The notes under the pieces were generated by a model. That model saw only the letters and a list, made by a program, of their open reading frames with translations, searched no databases and had not been told where the DNA came from. From positions 124,001 through 188,000 of the IMG/VR virus record IMGVR_UViG_3300027621_000003: DNA of 64,000 bases; one strand, written 5' to 3'. Shown here piece after piece: positions 16,264-24,813 of the stretch (the first letter of the stretch is position 1; every line of letters starts with the position of its first letter). Both the position numbers and the translations under genes were made by a program.

Positions 16264-16312
16264 TGTGTTTAGTATTAAATATGGTACAAAGATACAAAAG
16301 TTTCTTGATATG

Positions 16313-16573
16313 TTAAATATTTTTTTCGTTTTTATTTTTTAATAACCAGTTGGCTCCGACTACAAACCCTTGTTTCCATTTTGTAATATCATCATCACAC
16401 ATCCCTTCACTGTATTGTTGATATTTGTCATCAGCGCCAATATGAATCATTTGTTGGATTCTTTTTTCTATAAAACCGGGCTTAGTTTCAAACTCAGGTT
16501 CTCCCAATTCAACCATACCATTTTTCCACTTTTTCCAAGTGTCAAAATCTTTTAAATCTTCAATGTTAATCAT
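16313..16573 (-). CDS. hypothetical protein
   Basis: 86-aa ORF. Confidence 0.5.
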   Translation of the reverse strand: MINIEDLKDFDTWKKWKNGMVELGEPEFETKPGFIEKRIQQMIHIGADDKYQQYSEGMCDDDITKWKQGFVVGANWLLKNKNEKNI

Positions 16574-16586
16574 ATTATTTTTTTAA

Positions 16587-17003
16587 TTATAACCTGTCTT
16601 TTACAATATTCAATAAGTCCTCATTAAAAGGTACTCCATGTCTTGAATCAAATTCATCTTCCAATCTTTCAGTTGACATATCATTTTTCTTCAATAAAAT
16701 ATACGCTCCCAAATCAGCTTCAATTTCATCTTTTTCAGACCTCGGTCCGTTGTGTCCCAATAACAAATGTGAGATTTCATGAGCTTCAATAAATTTCATG
16801 TCATCCATAGTTAAACCATCATCACCCAAAAATATTTCACCGTCAATAAAAATTGTTTTGAATTCTGGTGCAAGAAATCCATAACCGTATTGGTCAAAAA
16901 TTTTTCTCATTGCACTATAATTTGGATTTTCTTTGAATACCAAATTAATATTCATGTTTGGGATAAAACTACTTTTGTACGCTATGATGTCTTGGTCTTC
17001 CAT
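16587..17003 (-). CDS. HExxH metallopeptidase-like (ImmA/IrrE-like)
   Basis: AHEISHLLLGH...EIEAD. Confidence 0.65.
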   Translation of the reverse strand: MEDQDIIAYKSSFIPNMNINLVFKENPNYSAMRKIFDQYGYGFLAPEFKTIFIDGEIFLGDDGLTMDDMKFIEAHEISHLLLGHNGPRSEKDEIEADLGAYILLKKNDMSTERLEDEFDSRHGVPFNEDLLNIVKDRL

Positions 17004-17005
17004 TT

Positions 17006-17569
17006 TTATAATAAATATTCCAATACTTTTTCTTTTATGCCCGTTTGTTTAATGCCTTCTTTATTTTCGGGTGTTAATACAAAGTTCTTCAATCCCCAAG
17101 TCTTATCGTGCACATCCGTTAATGACATATTCAAATCATCAATTGCCACCCAATGTGTGATTACAGGATTCTGACCAATATATTGCGCAATCTCCAAACT
17201 ACGAGTTTGTTCTAACTCCGATTTGTTGTGCCATGGGAAATCATCATAATCATCATATAAGATAGAATCGGTAAAGGCAATTGGTTTTTTAATAATACCT
17301 TTTGATTCGTAATATTCTCCCATCTCCTCAACTGTCGCCCAATTTTTCCAATCTGAAGATACAACAATTTCGGCACCTGTTTCCTCTAAGATTTCATTAA
17401 GAACTTTAACCGCCTCCTCATCAAAATTATCAAAACGATACTCAACGGGCATACTTAAAGTACTCATAGACAATTTACGTTTACCCCAACTTTTTTGTTT
17501 TTTGAAACGATTACCCCAATTATCAGACAGACATATCACACCATCGTGGTCCAAAAATATAACTTTCAT
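17006..17569 (-). CDS. HAD-superfamily phosphatase (Swiss-army-knife RNA-repair type)
   Basis: MKVIFLDHDGV, IVVSSDW and WVAIDD motifs. Confidence 0.8.
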   Translation of the reverse strand: MKVIFLDHDGVICLSDNWGNRFKKQKSWGKRKLSMSTLSMPVEYRFDNFDEEAVKVLNEILEETGAEIVVSSDWKNWATVEEMGEYYESKGIIKKPIAFTDSILYDDYDDFPWHNKSELEQTRSLEIAQYIGQNPVITHWVAIDDLNMSLTDVHDKTWGLKNFVLTPENKEGIKQTGIKEKVLEYLL

Positions 17570-17677
17570 AACACAAAGATAATAAAAGTTATTCTTGTAT
17601 CAAAGAAATATCGTAATAAAAACTATTGTATCATATTTTACAATTTGACAAATATGTTGTATTTTTTTTAAAAAACT

Positions 17678-18394
17678 ATGTCATATTTAAATACACCAAT
17701 TCCCGTAGTAGAGGCTTACATTAGAGGAAACTTCTTAAGAAACCAAGAAGATTCTCACGATAAAAAATTCCCTTGTTACATTTTTGGAATGTCGTCAATT
17801 CCAGCACAAGCACCATTATTTCACTTTATCATGGAGGATGGGGCATTATGGTGGAGAATGCCAATACAGGCATTTTGTTGGAAAGAAGATGCACCTGAAC
17901 AAGAACTTGATGAATTAGTGTTATGGGATTCATTTTCATATCATGTTGGAGCAACAGCATTCCCTATGTTAAAAAACAAGACATGTAAATTCATATCAAG
18001 ACGTAGAGTAGAATATACGGGCAAATATTTATTTACCTTAGATTGGGGGTCATCTTCAGACATGGGAGACACAGATTTTGGATTAAGTGAATTCCCATCA
18101 CAACACAAATGTGGTCATTTCATTGCCATGGATAATGGAAACTTTGCAATACAACCAAACAATAGGTTTGTGCTTCATGACCCATCGTTCACAGTAAAAG
18201 ATGAATTGGTTATACATAGAAAATACAATACCACATTATGGACTGCTGAAAGAAATGGAAGATGGGTCACACCTGATACTGACATTATGAATTACGACCA
18301 TACCGATTTAGAAAAAGGTGAGAGTAATAAAAAACGGTCAGATGAATATAATAAAATTGATTCCGAACGTTTAAAGAATGAAGGTTCAATTTAA
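17678..18394 (+). CDS. hypothetical phage protein
   Basis: 238 aa; HKCGH..MDNGNFAIQPNNR motif. Confidence 0.65.
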   Translation: MSYLNTPIPVVEAYIRGNFLRNQEDSHDKKFPCYIFGMSSIPAQAPLFHFIMEDGALWWRMPIQAFCWKEDAPEQELDELVLWDSFSYHVGATAFPMLKNKTCKFISRRRVEYTGKYLFTLDWGSSSDMGDTDFGLSEFPSQHKCGHFIAMDNGNFAIQPNNRFVLHDPSFTVKDELVIHRKYNTTLWTAERNGRWVTPDTDIMNYDHTDLEKGESNKKRSDEYNKIDSERLKNEGSI

Positions 18395-19007
18395 CCACCA
18401 AAATGGATTCTTTTTAGACGGGAGAATATTTTGTGAAGTTTACGGTATTGCGGAAAACGAATCAAATGATGAGTTATTAAATTCAGGATGGTTACCGTCA
18501 ATGGAGGAAAAAAATATTTGGTATCAATCAAGAAGTCATAGAATAGAACTATCTAATTTTGAGATATCAAAAAAACGAAGACACATAATTAAAAAGTTAA
18601 CCTGTGAAGTAAGTGATTATATTCAAAACCAAGAAATAGATGATTTCTTTCAAGAATACTACAATGATAAGGATTTTGATATTATGGATGATTATAATAA
18701 CTGTTCAAAGTTTTTTGAACCAAAAATATTGTACTTAAGATTAGAAGGTAAATTAGTTGCGGTGGGAAGATACTTAGAAAATAAAAAGTCTAATGTATTT
18801 TTAAATCTTGCTTATGATAACAATAATTTAAAGTTATCTCTTGGTACTAATTTATTTTACATACTCGCAGATATTACCAAGAAACAAAATAAAGATTATT
18901 TGTATATCTATGAATCATATGATGATAGTTTTTCATATAAACAAAAATTACCTAACTTAAATTTTTGGAGTGGGACTAAATGGATATCAAATGCTATTTA
19001 TAAATAA
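18378..19007 (+). CDS. aminoacyl-tRNA-protein transferase-like (Bpt/ATE family, GNAT fold)
   Basis: LNSGW, WYQSRSHRI, LVAVG, Y...KLSLGT, YLYIY and YKQ patterns. Confidence 0.55.
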   Translation: MKVQFNHQNGFFLDGRIFCEVYGIAENESNDELLNSGWLPSMEEKNIWYQSRSHRIELSNFEISKKRRHIIKKLTCEVSDYIQNQEIDDFFQEYYNDKDFDIMDDYNNCSKFFEPKILYLRLEGKLVAVGRYLENKKSNVFLNLAYDNNNLKLSLGTNLFYILADITKKQNKDYLYIYESYDDSFSYKQKLPNLNFWSGTKWISNAIYK

Positions 19008-19009
19008 AA

Positions 19010-19732
19010 ATGGAAGAGGGTAATTTTAAAGTATTAGTTAATACAATTGAAGAACTAAAAAAATATAAAAAAGTTCTTTTATTAACTTGCTCTAACAGAG
19101 GTGAAGAAATTTCAAAAGAAGAAACACCAAAATCTACAATTTTAGCAAAAGTAATACATAACAATCTTAGTAATTCTACAATAATAGATGTTACTAAACT
19201 TAAAATTTATCCATGTGAGGGAAATGTTTCTTTAATGGAAGGAAACGTTTGTGGTGTTAAAGATGCTCTTTTAGACGACCCTGAGAAAAATCCATCAGGA
19301 TATCATAGATGTTGGGCTTCAATTCATAATCCTGACGATGAACTTTGGAAAATAAGCAAAGAACTTTTTGAATCTGACTGTGTAGTTTTTTTCGCGTCAG
19401 TTAGATGGGGAGCTGCTAATATGTTTTATCAAAAACTTATAGAAAGACTAAATTGGATTAATAATAGATATATCCCATATGGTGAAGACAACATAATAAA
19501 AAATACAACATCAGGTTTTATAATTGTTGGACAACACAAATATGGTGATGATATTGCCGAACTTCAGTATAACAATCACGAATATTATGGTTTTAAAGTT
19601 AACAAAAAACTATATTGGAATTGGAACGCCGAAAATATTGAATACGATGATGAAACCTTACAAGGATATATTGAAAGTTATCCCGAATTTTTTAAAGATT
19701 TTAAGATAAAAAAGAAACCTGTTCTTGATTAA
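19010..19732 (+). CDS. flavodoxin-like / NAD(P)H-dependent FMN reductase family
   Basis: TCSNR, IYPCEG..S, SDCVVFFASVRWG and KLIERL motifs. Confidence 0.75.
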   Translation: MEEGNFKVLVNTIEELKKYKKVLLLTCSNRGEEISKEETPKSTILAKVIHNNLSNSTIIDVTKLKIYPCEGNVSLMEGNVCGVKDALLDDPEKNPSGYHRCWASIHNPDDELWKISKELFESDCVVFFASVRWGAANMFYQKLIERLNWINNRYIPYGEDNIIKNTTSGFIIVGQHKYGDDIAELQYNNHEYYGFKVNKKLYWNWNAENIEYDDETLQGYIESYPEFFKDFKIKKKPVLD

Positions 19733-20403
19733 AACTCTTCTTGATGGAAGACAACATCTTCATATGCATATTCATTCCAAGTAAATTTTAATGTAATTGT
19801 ACCCGCTCTTGAATCAATCATGAAATTTCCAAAAGAACCTTCATCATTTTCCCAACCACCATACACTCCCAACATATCGTATAAATAATCATCTAATCCT
19901 GGTACACTATCTACGTTTCTTTCTGGTTTACTACCAGAATCAACATATAAGGTACCATCAATATATCCATCATCACCACCACCATTAAACGTAACTTCAG
20001 CAAATGGAAATATGTCCTCTTGTTTAAGAAAATTCATAATCTCTTTTAGATTTTCATCATCTTCTTCACTTCTTTCAGTTTCACCTGAAGGTCCGTCAAC
20101 AATTTCTTGATAAGTTCCACTAATAGTAACTGTTCTTGTTTGGGGATATAACGCAAAAGTTATTGCATTCAAATTATCTTCATCAAAATCTGAAGCATTT
20201 TCACCAACATATTCGGTAATTATCTCACTAATATCAAATGGTAATTTTTGTGGTGTTTCATGTTTTTCAATTCCACAACCAAAATTTCTACCGTTATATG
20301 GTGTGTGATTCCAAGGGTCAACATCCATCTCAAGATACTCACAACCACGAGAAGATGCGTATTTGGATATTAATTCAAAAATTGATTTTTGTTTTGGGGT
20401 CAT
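19729..20403 (-). CDS. hypothetical acidic protein (DUF6878-like)
   Basis: FNGGGDDG and GWENDEGSFG motifs. Confidence 0.55.
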   Translation of the reverse strand: MTPKQKSIFELISKYASSRGCEYLEMDVDPWNHTPYNGRNFGCGIEKHETPQKLPFDISEIITEYVGENASDFDEDNLNAITFALYPQTRTVTISGTYQEIVDGPSGETERSEEDDENLKEIMNFLKQEDIFPFAEVTFNGGGDDGYIDGTLYVDSGSKPERNVDSVPGLDDYLYDMLGVYGGWENDEGSFGNFMIDSRAGTITLKFTWNEYAYEDVVFHQEEF

Positions 20404-20414
20404 AGTAATAAATA

Positions 20415-20768
20415 TCAATCATCTACTTTGAGGTCCAATGTTCTTAACATCCACATTGGTTTCTTTTCAGCTTGTAAAGCATCTATCCAATCTTTTGCCG
20501 TTGGAATATAATTAAAACAATCTTCTTTCACGTGTTGTTCACCAACATACCTGGTGTAGACAGTTTTACCGTCACTATTAACAAATGATTTACCAAAGAT
20601 TTTTTCCATCTCAAAGATACCTTCTGAGTGGTGACGAAACATTCTATGATTTGAATGTCCAACCCACGCCTTTGTTTCATCTAACCAATCGTGTAAATGA
20701 ATATAATCTTCAAATTTTCCACCAAATTTTTTGGCTGAAGATTTTGCATGAATTAAAGGATGTGCCAT
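20415..20768 (-). CDS. His-rich hypothetical protein (DUF6915-like)
   Basis: MAHPLIHAKSSAKKFGG...HRMFRHH..G...EQHVKED. Confidence 0.65.
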   Translation of the reverse strand: MAHPLIHAKSSAKKFGGKFEDYIHLHDWLDETKAWVGHSNHRMFRHHSEGIFEMEKIFGKSFVNSDGKTVYTRYVGEQHVKEDCFNYIPTAKDWIDALQAEKKPMWMLRTLDLKVDD

Positions 20769-20899
20769 ATTGAAATGATAAAACTAATTAAACAGAATGA
20801 TAAAACGGCAATTGTTGCTACCGTACCAATATTTCTATAATAGGACTCCACTTGTTCTTTGGACCTACCTTGCCATTCGTCTTTATTCCAAAATTTCAT
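20753..20899 (-). CDS. small membrane protein (48 aa)
   Basis: Hand-translated MKFWNKDEWQGRSKEQVE... with C-terminal TM. Confidence 0.5.
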   Translation of the reverse strand: MKFWNKDEWQGRSKEQVESYYRNIGTVATIAVLSFCLISFIISIWHIL

Positions 20900-20903
20900 T
20901 TTG

Positions 20904-20977
20904 TACCCCCGACAGGACTCGAACCTGTGACCTACGGTTTAGAAAACCGTTGCTCTATCCAGCTGAGCTACAAGGGC
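20904..20977 (-). tRNA. tRNA-Arg (UCU)
   Basis: ACGGT-TTTCTAA-ACCGT. Confidence 0.9.
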
Positions 20978-20980
20978 ATT

Positions 20981-21334
20981 TTATTTAAATATTACTTGAA
21001 TTATAATAATCATAACCGCCAAAGTCAAACTAGCCCATGTTTTTGCTGACATCCCTTGATTTAGAAATAAATATGTTAAAATCGCGTACATTACAATCCC
21101 AATTGAAAATCCCAAAAATCGTTGTGGCCACATTAAACCCATGAATGCTTTTTCACCGTAACCTGTTGCCAATATAAAAAGATATGTAAATGGTACACCT
21201 ACAAAAGACATAATTAATGTATTTCTTTTTGCCCAATCCCACATAAATTGAGCATTCAGTTGAAACCATATTCCAGTTTGACCTATTAAGAAAAACAAAC
21301 AAGTGAGTAAGAAATACTTTAAATTAATATTCAT
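20981..21334 (-). CDS. 4-TM membrane protein (SMR/DMT-like)
   Basis: Four hydrophobic segments. Confidence 0.55.
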   Translation of the reverse strand: MNINLKYFLLTCLFFLIGQTGIWFQLNAQFMWDWAKRNTLIMSFVGVPFTYLFILATGYGEKAFMGLMWPQRFLGFSIGIVMYAILTYLFLNQGMSAKTWASLTLAVMIIIIQVIFK

Positions 21335-21394
21335 GTGATACAAAGATAAATCAAATATTTGACCTTTTCAAGGAATACACCTATTTATGTCTAA

Positions 21395-21508
21395 ATGAAC
21401 AACACGGCAATGAATATTGGGCAAACAGAGATTGTGTATCTTAACGGTACGCCTTCGTTATTGTTTGATAAACCTATGACCCTTTTGAAACGCCGAACCA
21501 TATATTAA
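21395..21508 (+). CDS. putative leader peptide (37 aa)
   Basis: MNNTAMNIGQTEIVYLNGTPSLLFDKPMTLLKRRTIY*, followed by a terminator. Confidence 0.4.
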   Translation: MNNTAMNIGQTEIVYLNGTPSLLFDKPMTLLKRRTIY

Positions 21509-21519
21509 AACGTGTTTAG

Positions 21520-21550
21520 AAGGGTCCTGAGAAATCAGGACTTTTTTTTT
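21520..21550 (+). terminator. intrinsic terminator (possible attenuator)
   Basis: agggtcctga-gaaa-tcaggacttttttttt. Confidence 0.75.
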
Positions 21551-21586
21551 ACACATAAATTTCGTAAATTTGTAAAACATATTGTA

Positions 21587-22078
21587 ATGGATAAAGTATT
21601 AGTATTAAACTCAGACTACACACCCTTGAACGTAACTTCGGTTCGTAAGGGATTTGTATTGGTAATAAAAGGAAAGGCTGAGGTATTAAAACAAGACTCA
21701 CAAAAATTGTCATCATCAGTTAAAGAATATGTTAAACCATTAATAATTCGTTTATTGTCTTATGTTAGATTTAAAACACGAAGTGTACGGTTAAACAGAA
21801 AACGTATCTACAAAAGGGATAACAACCAATGTGTTTATTGTGGAAGTGAAAAGAATTTAACAATTGACCATATTATACCTCGTTCACGTGGTGGAAAAAA
21901 CAGTTGGGTTAATTTGGTAACTTGTTGCTCATATTGTAATTTAAAAAAGGCAAATAAAACACCTGAAGAAGCTAACATGAAAATGAGATACAAAGCGTAT
22001 GAACCAACTGTATTCTCATCTATTATTAGTTCTGACGTTGAGTGTTTATGGAATGATTATAAAGAATCATTTGTCTAA
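21587..22078 (+). CDS. HNH endonuclease (McrA-like)
   Basis: VLVLNSDYTPL...RD...CVYCG..LTIDHIIPRSRGG..W.NLV.CC..CN..K. Confidence 0.9.
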   Translation: MDKVLVLNSDYTPLNVTSVRKGFVLVIKGKAEVLKQDSQKLSSSVKEYVKPLIIRLLSYVRFKTRSVRLNRKRIYKRDNNQCVYCGSEKNLTIDHIIPRSRGGKNSWVNLVTCCSYCNLKKANKTPEEANMKMRYKAYEPTVFSSIISSDVECLWNDYKESFV

Positions 22079-22110
22079 TTCAAAAATTGTTCTTATATTT
22101 GTTAAACAAT

Positions 22111-22195
22111 GCCGATGTGGTGAAAAGGTAGCCACGCAGGACTTAAAATCCTGTGGACTGTAAGGTCCGTGCCGGTTCGACTCCGGCCATCGGTA
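22111..22195 (+). tRNA. tRNA-Leu (UAA)
   Basis: CAGGA-CTTAAAA-TCCTG, long variable arm. Confidence 0.9.
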
Positions 22196-22210
22196 CAAAT
22201 TATATAAAAT

Positions 22211-22888
22211 ATGGATTACGGAAACGATTTCAAAAACTACTTTACCAAACACTTAGGTAAAAGTTCACTCAATCTTCATCATTATGATAGACAGATTGAA
22301 AATTCAATGACTCCTTACATTTTGGAGGAAAGGGAAATGAGGGTAACTCAAATGGATATTTTTTCTCGTTTAATGAGAGAAAGACTATTATGGGTTGCTG
22401 GACCTGTAAATGACAACATGTCAACCATTGTACAAGCTCAGTTAATGTACTTGGACTCGGTTGAGAGTACTGACATCACAATGCACATTGATAGTCCTGG
22501 TGGGTCAGTAAAATCAGGTTTGTCTATGGTTGATGTTATGGATTACATTCGTTGTGATATTCGTACAGTAAACACAGGTATGGCAGCATCAATGGGTTCA
22601 GTTCTGTTAGGCGCTGGTACAAAAGGTAAACGTTCTTCATTACGTTTTTCTCGTACAATGTTACACCAATCATCAGGTGGTTATGAAGGTAACATTCAAG
22701 ACGCAGAAATTTCAATGAAAGAATGGAAAAAAATTAACGATGTTCTTTTTGATTTGTTGGGTGGGTATTGCGGTAAAACAACAAAACAAGTTATGAAGGA
22801 CGCATCTCGTGATTTATGGTTAGATGCTAAAGAAGCGTTAGAGTACGGAATTATTGATGAAATTGTTGTTAAAAAAGAAAAAAAATAA
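22211..22888 (+). CDS. clpP: ATP-dependent Clp protease proteolytic subunit
   Basis: DIFSRL, IDSPGGSV, GMAASMG, MLHQ and YGIIDEI motifs. Confidence 0.95.
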   Translation: MDYGNDFKNYFTKHLGKSSLNLHHYDRQIENSMTPYILEEREMRVTQMDIFSRLMRERLLWVAGPVNDNMSTIVQAQLMYLDSVESTDITMHIDSPGGSVKSGLSMVDVMDYIRCDIRTVNTGMAASMGSVLLGAGTKGKRSSLRFSRTMLHQSSGGYEGNIQDAEISMKEWKKINDVLFDLLGGYCGKTTKQVMKDASRDLWLDAKEALEYGIIDEIVVKKEKK

Positions 22889-22986
22889 CCAATAAAAAAA
22901 GGGTTCCTCACGGAACCCTTTTGGTTTTAAAATCACCCCCTTTATTTTAGTTGATTTATATTAACAGGTTCTAACCTGATAATTTC

Positions 22987-24459
22987 TTAAGCCATGACTT
23001 TAGTTTTTAATTCGTCATATTTGTCCGAAATTTTACTACTAACTTTGGACATTTTGGGACATAAAAAGTCTGCTATTTTATCTTCTAATTTTTGAATCAT
23101 TGAATCACTACCTTCTGCGTAATAATCCACTACTGAGTTTCTAAGTGCTGTTACAATAAATCCACTTGCACCTTTGTCTAAATTTGATTTTTCTTGTAAT
23201 TCTTTTAGGTAACCCTTAATTAATGCATCTGCTAAAGCGTTTGTTGTAAATCTACAATCCGTTAATACTCTATCATAATCACTAACATTGATACTTGCAA
23301 TAAATGTACTGATAACTTTAGCCATATAAGAACCTGAAGGGATGTTTAACACCTTCATCAACCAATCAACTAAGTATTCACCCATTGCTGATGGTAAAGC
23401 TGTTGCAGTACCACCAAATATTGATGATAGTGTTGCAAATAAACCCGCAGCTTCTTGAATAACTTTTGAATCGTATCCTTGAGTTCTTAAATAAGATACT
23501 TCAGCAATATAGTCTTCCATAAATAATTCCAAATCTTTATCAGTTTCAAATTTTCTGTTTTCAACTAAAAAATTAAATCTGTTTGTAATTATTTTACTTT
23601 CAACCATTAAATCTTCTTTTTTTGATTTAACTTCTAATAAATTTTTCTTTAATATATTTTTCACGTCTAAATGTTCACCTAATCTTTTACGGGCAGCAAA
23701 ATTAATTGCAAATCTTTGTCTTGCTCCACCATAAGAACTAATTTGTTTAATGTCTTCAGGTACAGATGATAATAAACCCCAATTATCAATTTGGTCATTA
23801 CAATTCATAATTTGATTTGCGTAACTATCTAATAATTGTTTGTCAATTTTCATGTTTTTGTCTGCAGCATCCATGTATAAATCAATTAATGTTTTACAAG
23901 CCTTTTTATTAACAATTTGACTAGTAGTAATTTTGTTAAGAGCATCTTCGGTTGTTTGTTGATTACCTGTTTGTTTTTGACGATACATTTCTTTTCCAAT
24001 TAAAGTAAATGATTCAGAATCAATCTCAGATAATTTCTCATACAATGGTAACATTGATGTTAATGGTTCTTGTAAACTCCAACCCTGTTCAACTAAACGT
24101 TGTATTTCACCTTGATTTTTAAGTTCTGTTTTTTGTGTTTGAGTTTGTGTTGAAATTTCACTTTGTTTTTGTTCAGGTGATTTAAAATTTGCAATTGCTT
24201 CATCACATGTAAATGTTTCGGGAATTAATTTTACTTTATTATCTTGACCTACCAAACCAATTTTACCATCATGAAAAAAATATAAAGTATTTCCTTTTGC
24301 AGTTTTTGTATAAATCGCTTCGGGGTATTTTGATAAACCGGTATTTTCAATTAGTTTACCATTTGGGATACAACCAAATTTTACATATTCAATTAGTTTT
24401 TGTTTGTTTGTTGGCGGTTGTGGACCTGAAGCTAATTGTTCTTTTATATTTTTTTTCAT
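22987..24459 (-). CDS. hypothetical protein (putative virion protein)
   Basis: Start moved to MKKNIKEQ; several internal (L/I)xE motifs. Confidence 0.6.
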   Translation of the reverse strand: MKKNIKEQLASGPQPPTNKQKLIEYVKFGCIPNGKLIENTGLSKYPEAIYTKTAKGNTLYFFHDGKIGLVGQDNKVKLIPETFTCDEAIANFKSPEQKQSEISTQTQTQKTELKNQGEIQRLVEQGWSLQEPLTSMLPLYEKLSEIDSESFTLIGKEMYRQKQTGNQQTTEDALNKITTSQIVNKKACKTLIDLYMDAADKNMKIDKQLLDSYANQIMNCNDQIDNWGLLSSVPEDIKQISSYGGARQRFAINFAARKRLGEHLDVKNILKKNLLEVKSKKEDLMVESKIITNRFNFLVENRKFETDKDLELFMEDYIAEVSYLRTQGYDSKVIQEAAGLFATLSSIFGGTATALPSAMGEYLVDWLMKVLNIPSGSYMAKVISTFIASINVSDYDRVLTDCRFTTNALADALIKGYLKELQEKSNLDKGASGFIVTALRNSVVDYYAEGSDSMIQKLEDKIADFLCPKMSKVSSKISDKYDELKTKVMA

Positions 24460-24463
24460 AGTA

Positions 24464-24811
24464 TTAATATTTTGATAAGATATTTGATGGTGACATTGGT
24501 ACTGAAGATGCTGTACCAATTTCATTAGGGTCTTTTGTTAATTCATCGCAAGTCCAAGCACCTTTCGCCATTGGTTTTGAATTTGTGGCAGGTGCCACCC
24601 ATGTCATATCGGCATAATAATATATAGTTCTATCATTTTTATTAATAAATTTGAAACCAACACGACCTTCAGATGTGTTCCATAACTTTGATGATGGTTG
24701 TTTTGATGAAATTACCTCAGCATTTTTTACAGGTAAACAACCCAATGTTATTGCTTTTTCTAACTTTGGGATATCAGGATTAGACTGTTCTTTTAATATT
24801 TGTTTTTCCAT
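24464..24811 (-). CDS. hypothetical protein (ILKEQ tag)
   Basis: 115 aa; GCLP...YYYAD..W resembles the N-terminal domain of the downstream gene. Confidence 0.55.
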   Translation of the reverse strand: MEKQILKEQSNPDIPKLEKAITLGCLPVKNAEVISSKQPSSKLWNTSEGRVGFKFINKNDRTIYYYADMTWVAPATNSKPMAKGAWTCDELTKDPNEIGTASSVPMSPSNILSKY

Positions 24812-24813
24812 TA

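Noticed and set aside
15140-22195. Suppressor tRNAs or stop-codon recoding (anticodons TAG and TAA here, TGA at 31783)
   Set aside because: These are ordinary Leu and Ser anticodons. No CUA, UUA or UCA anticodon was found, and ORFs read normally in code 11.
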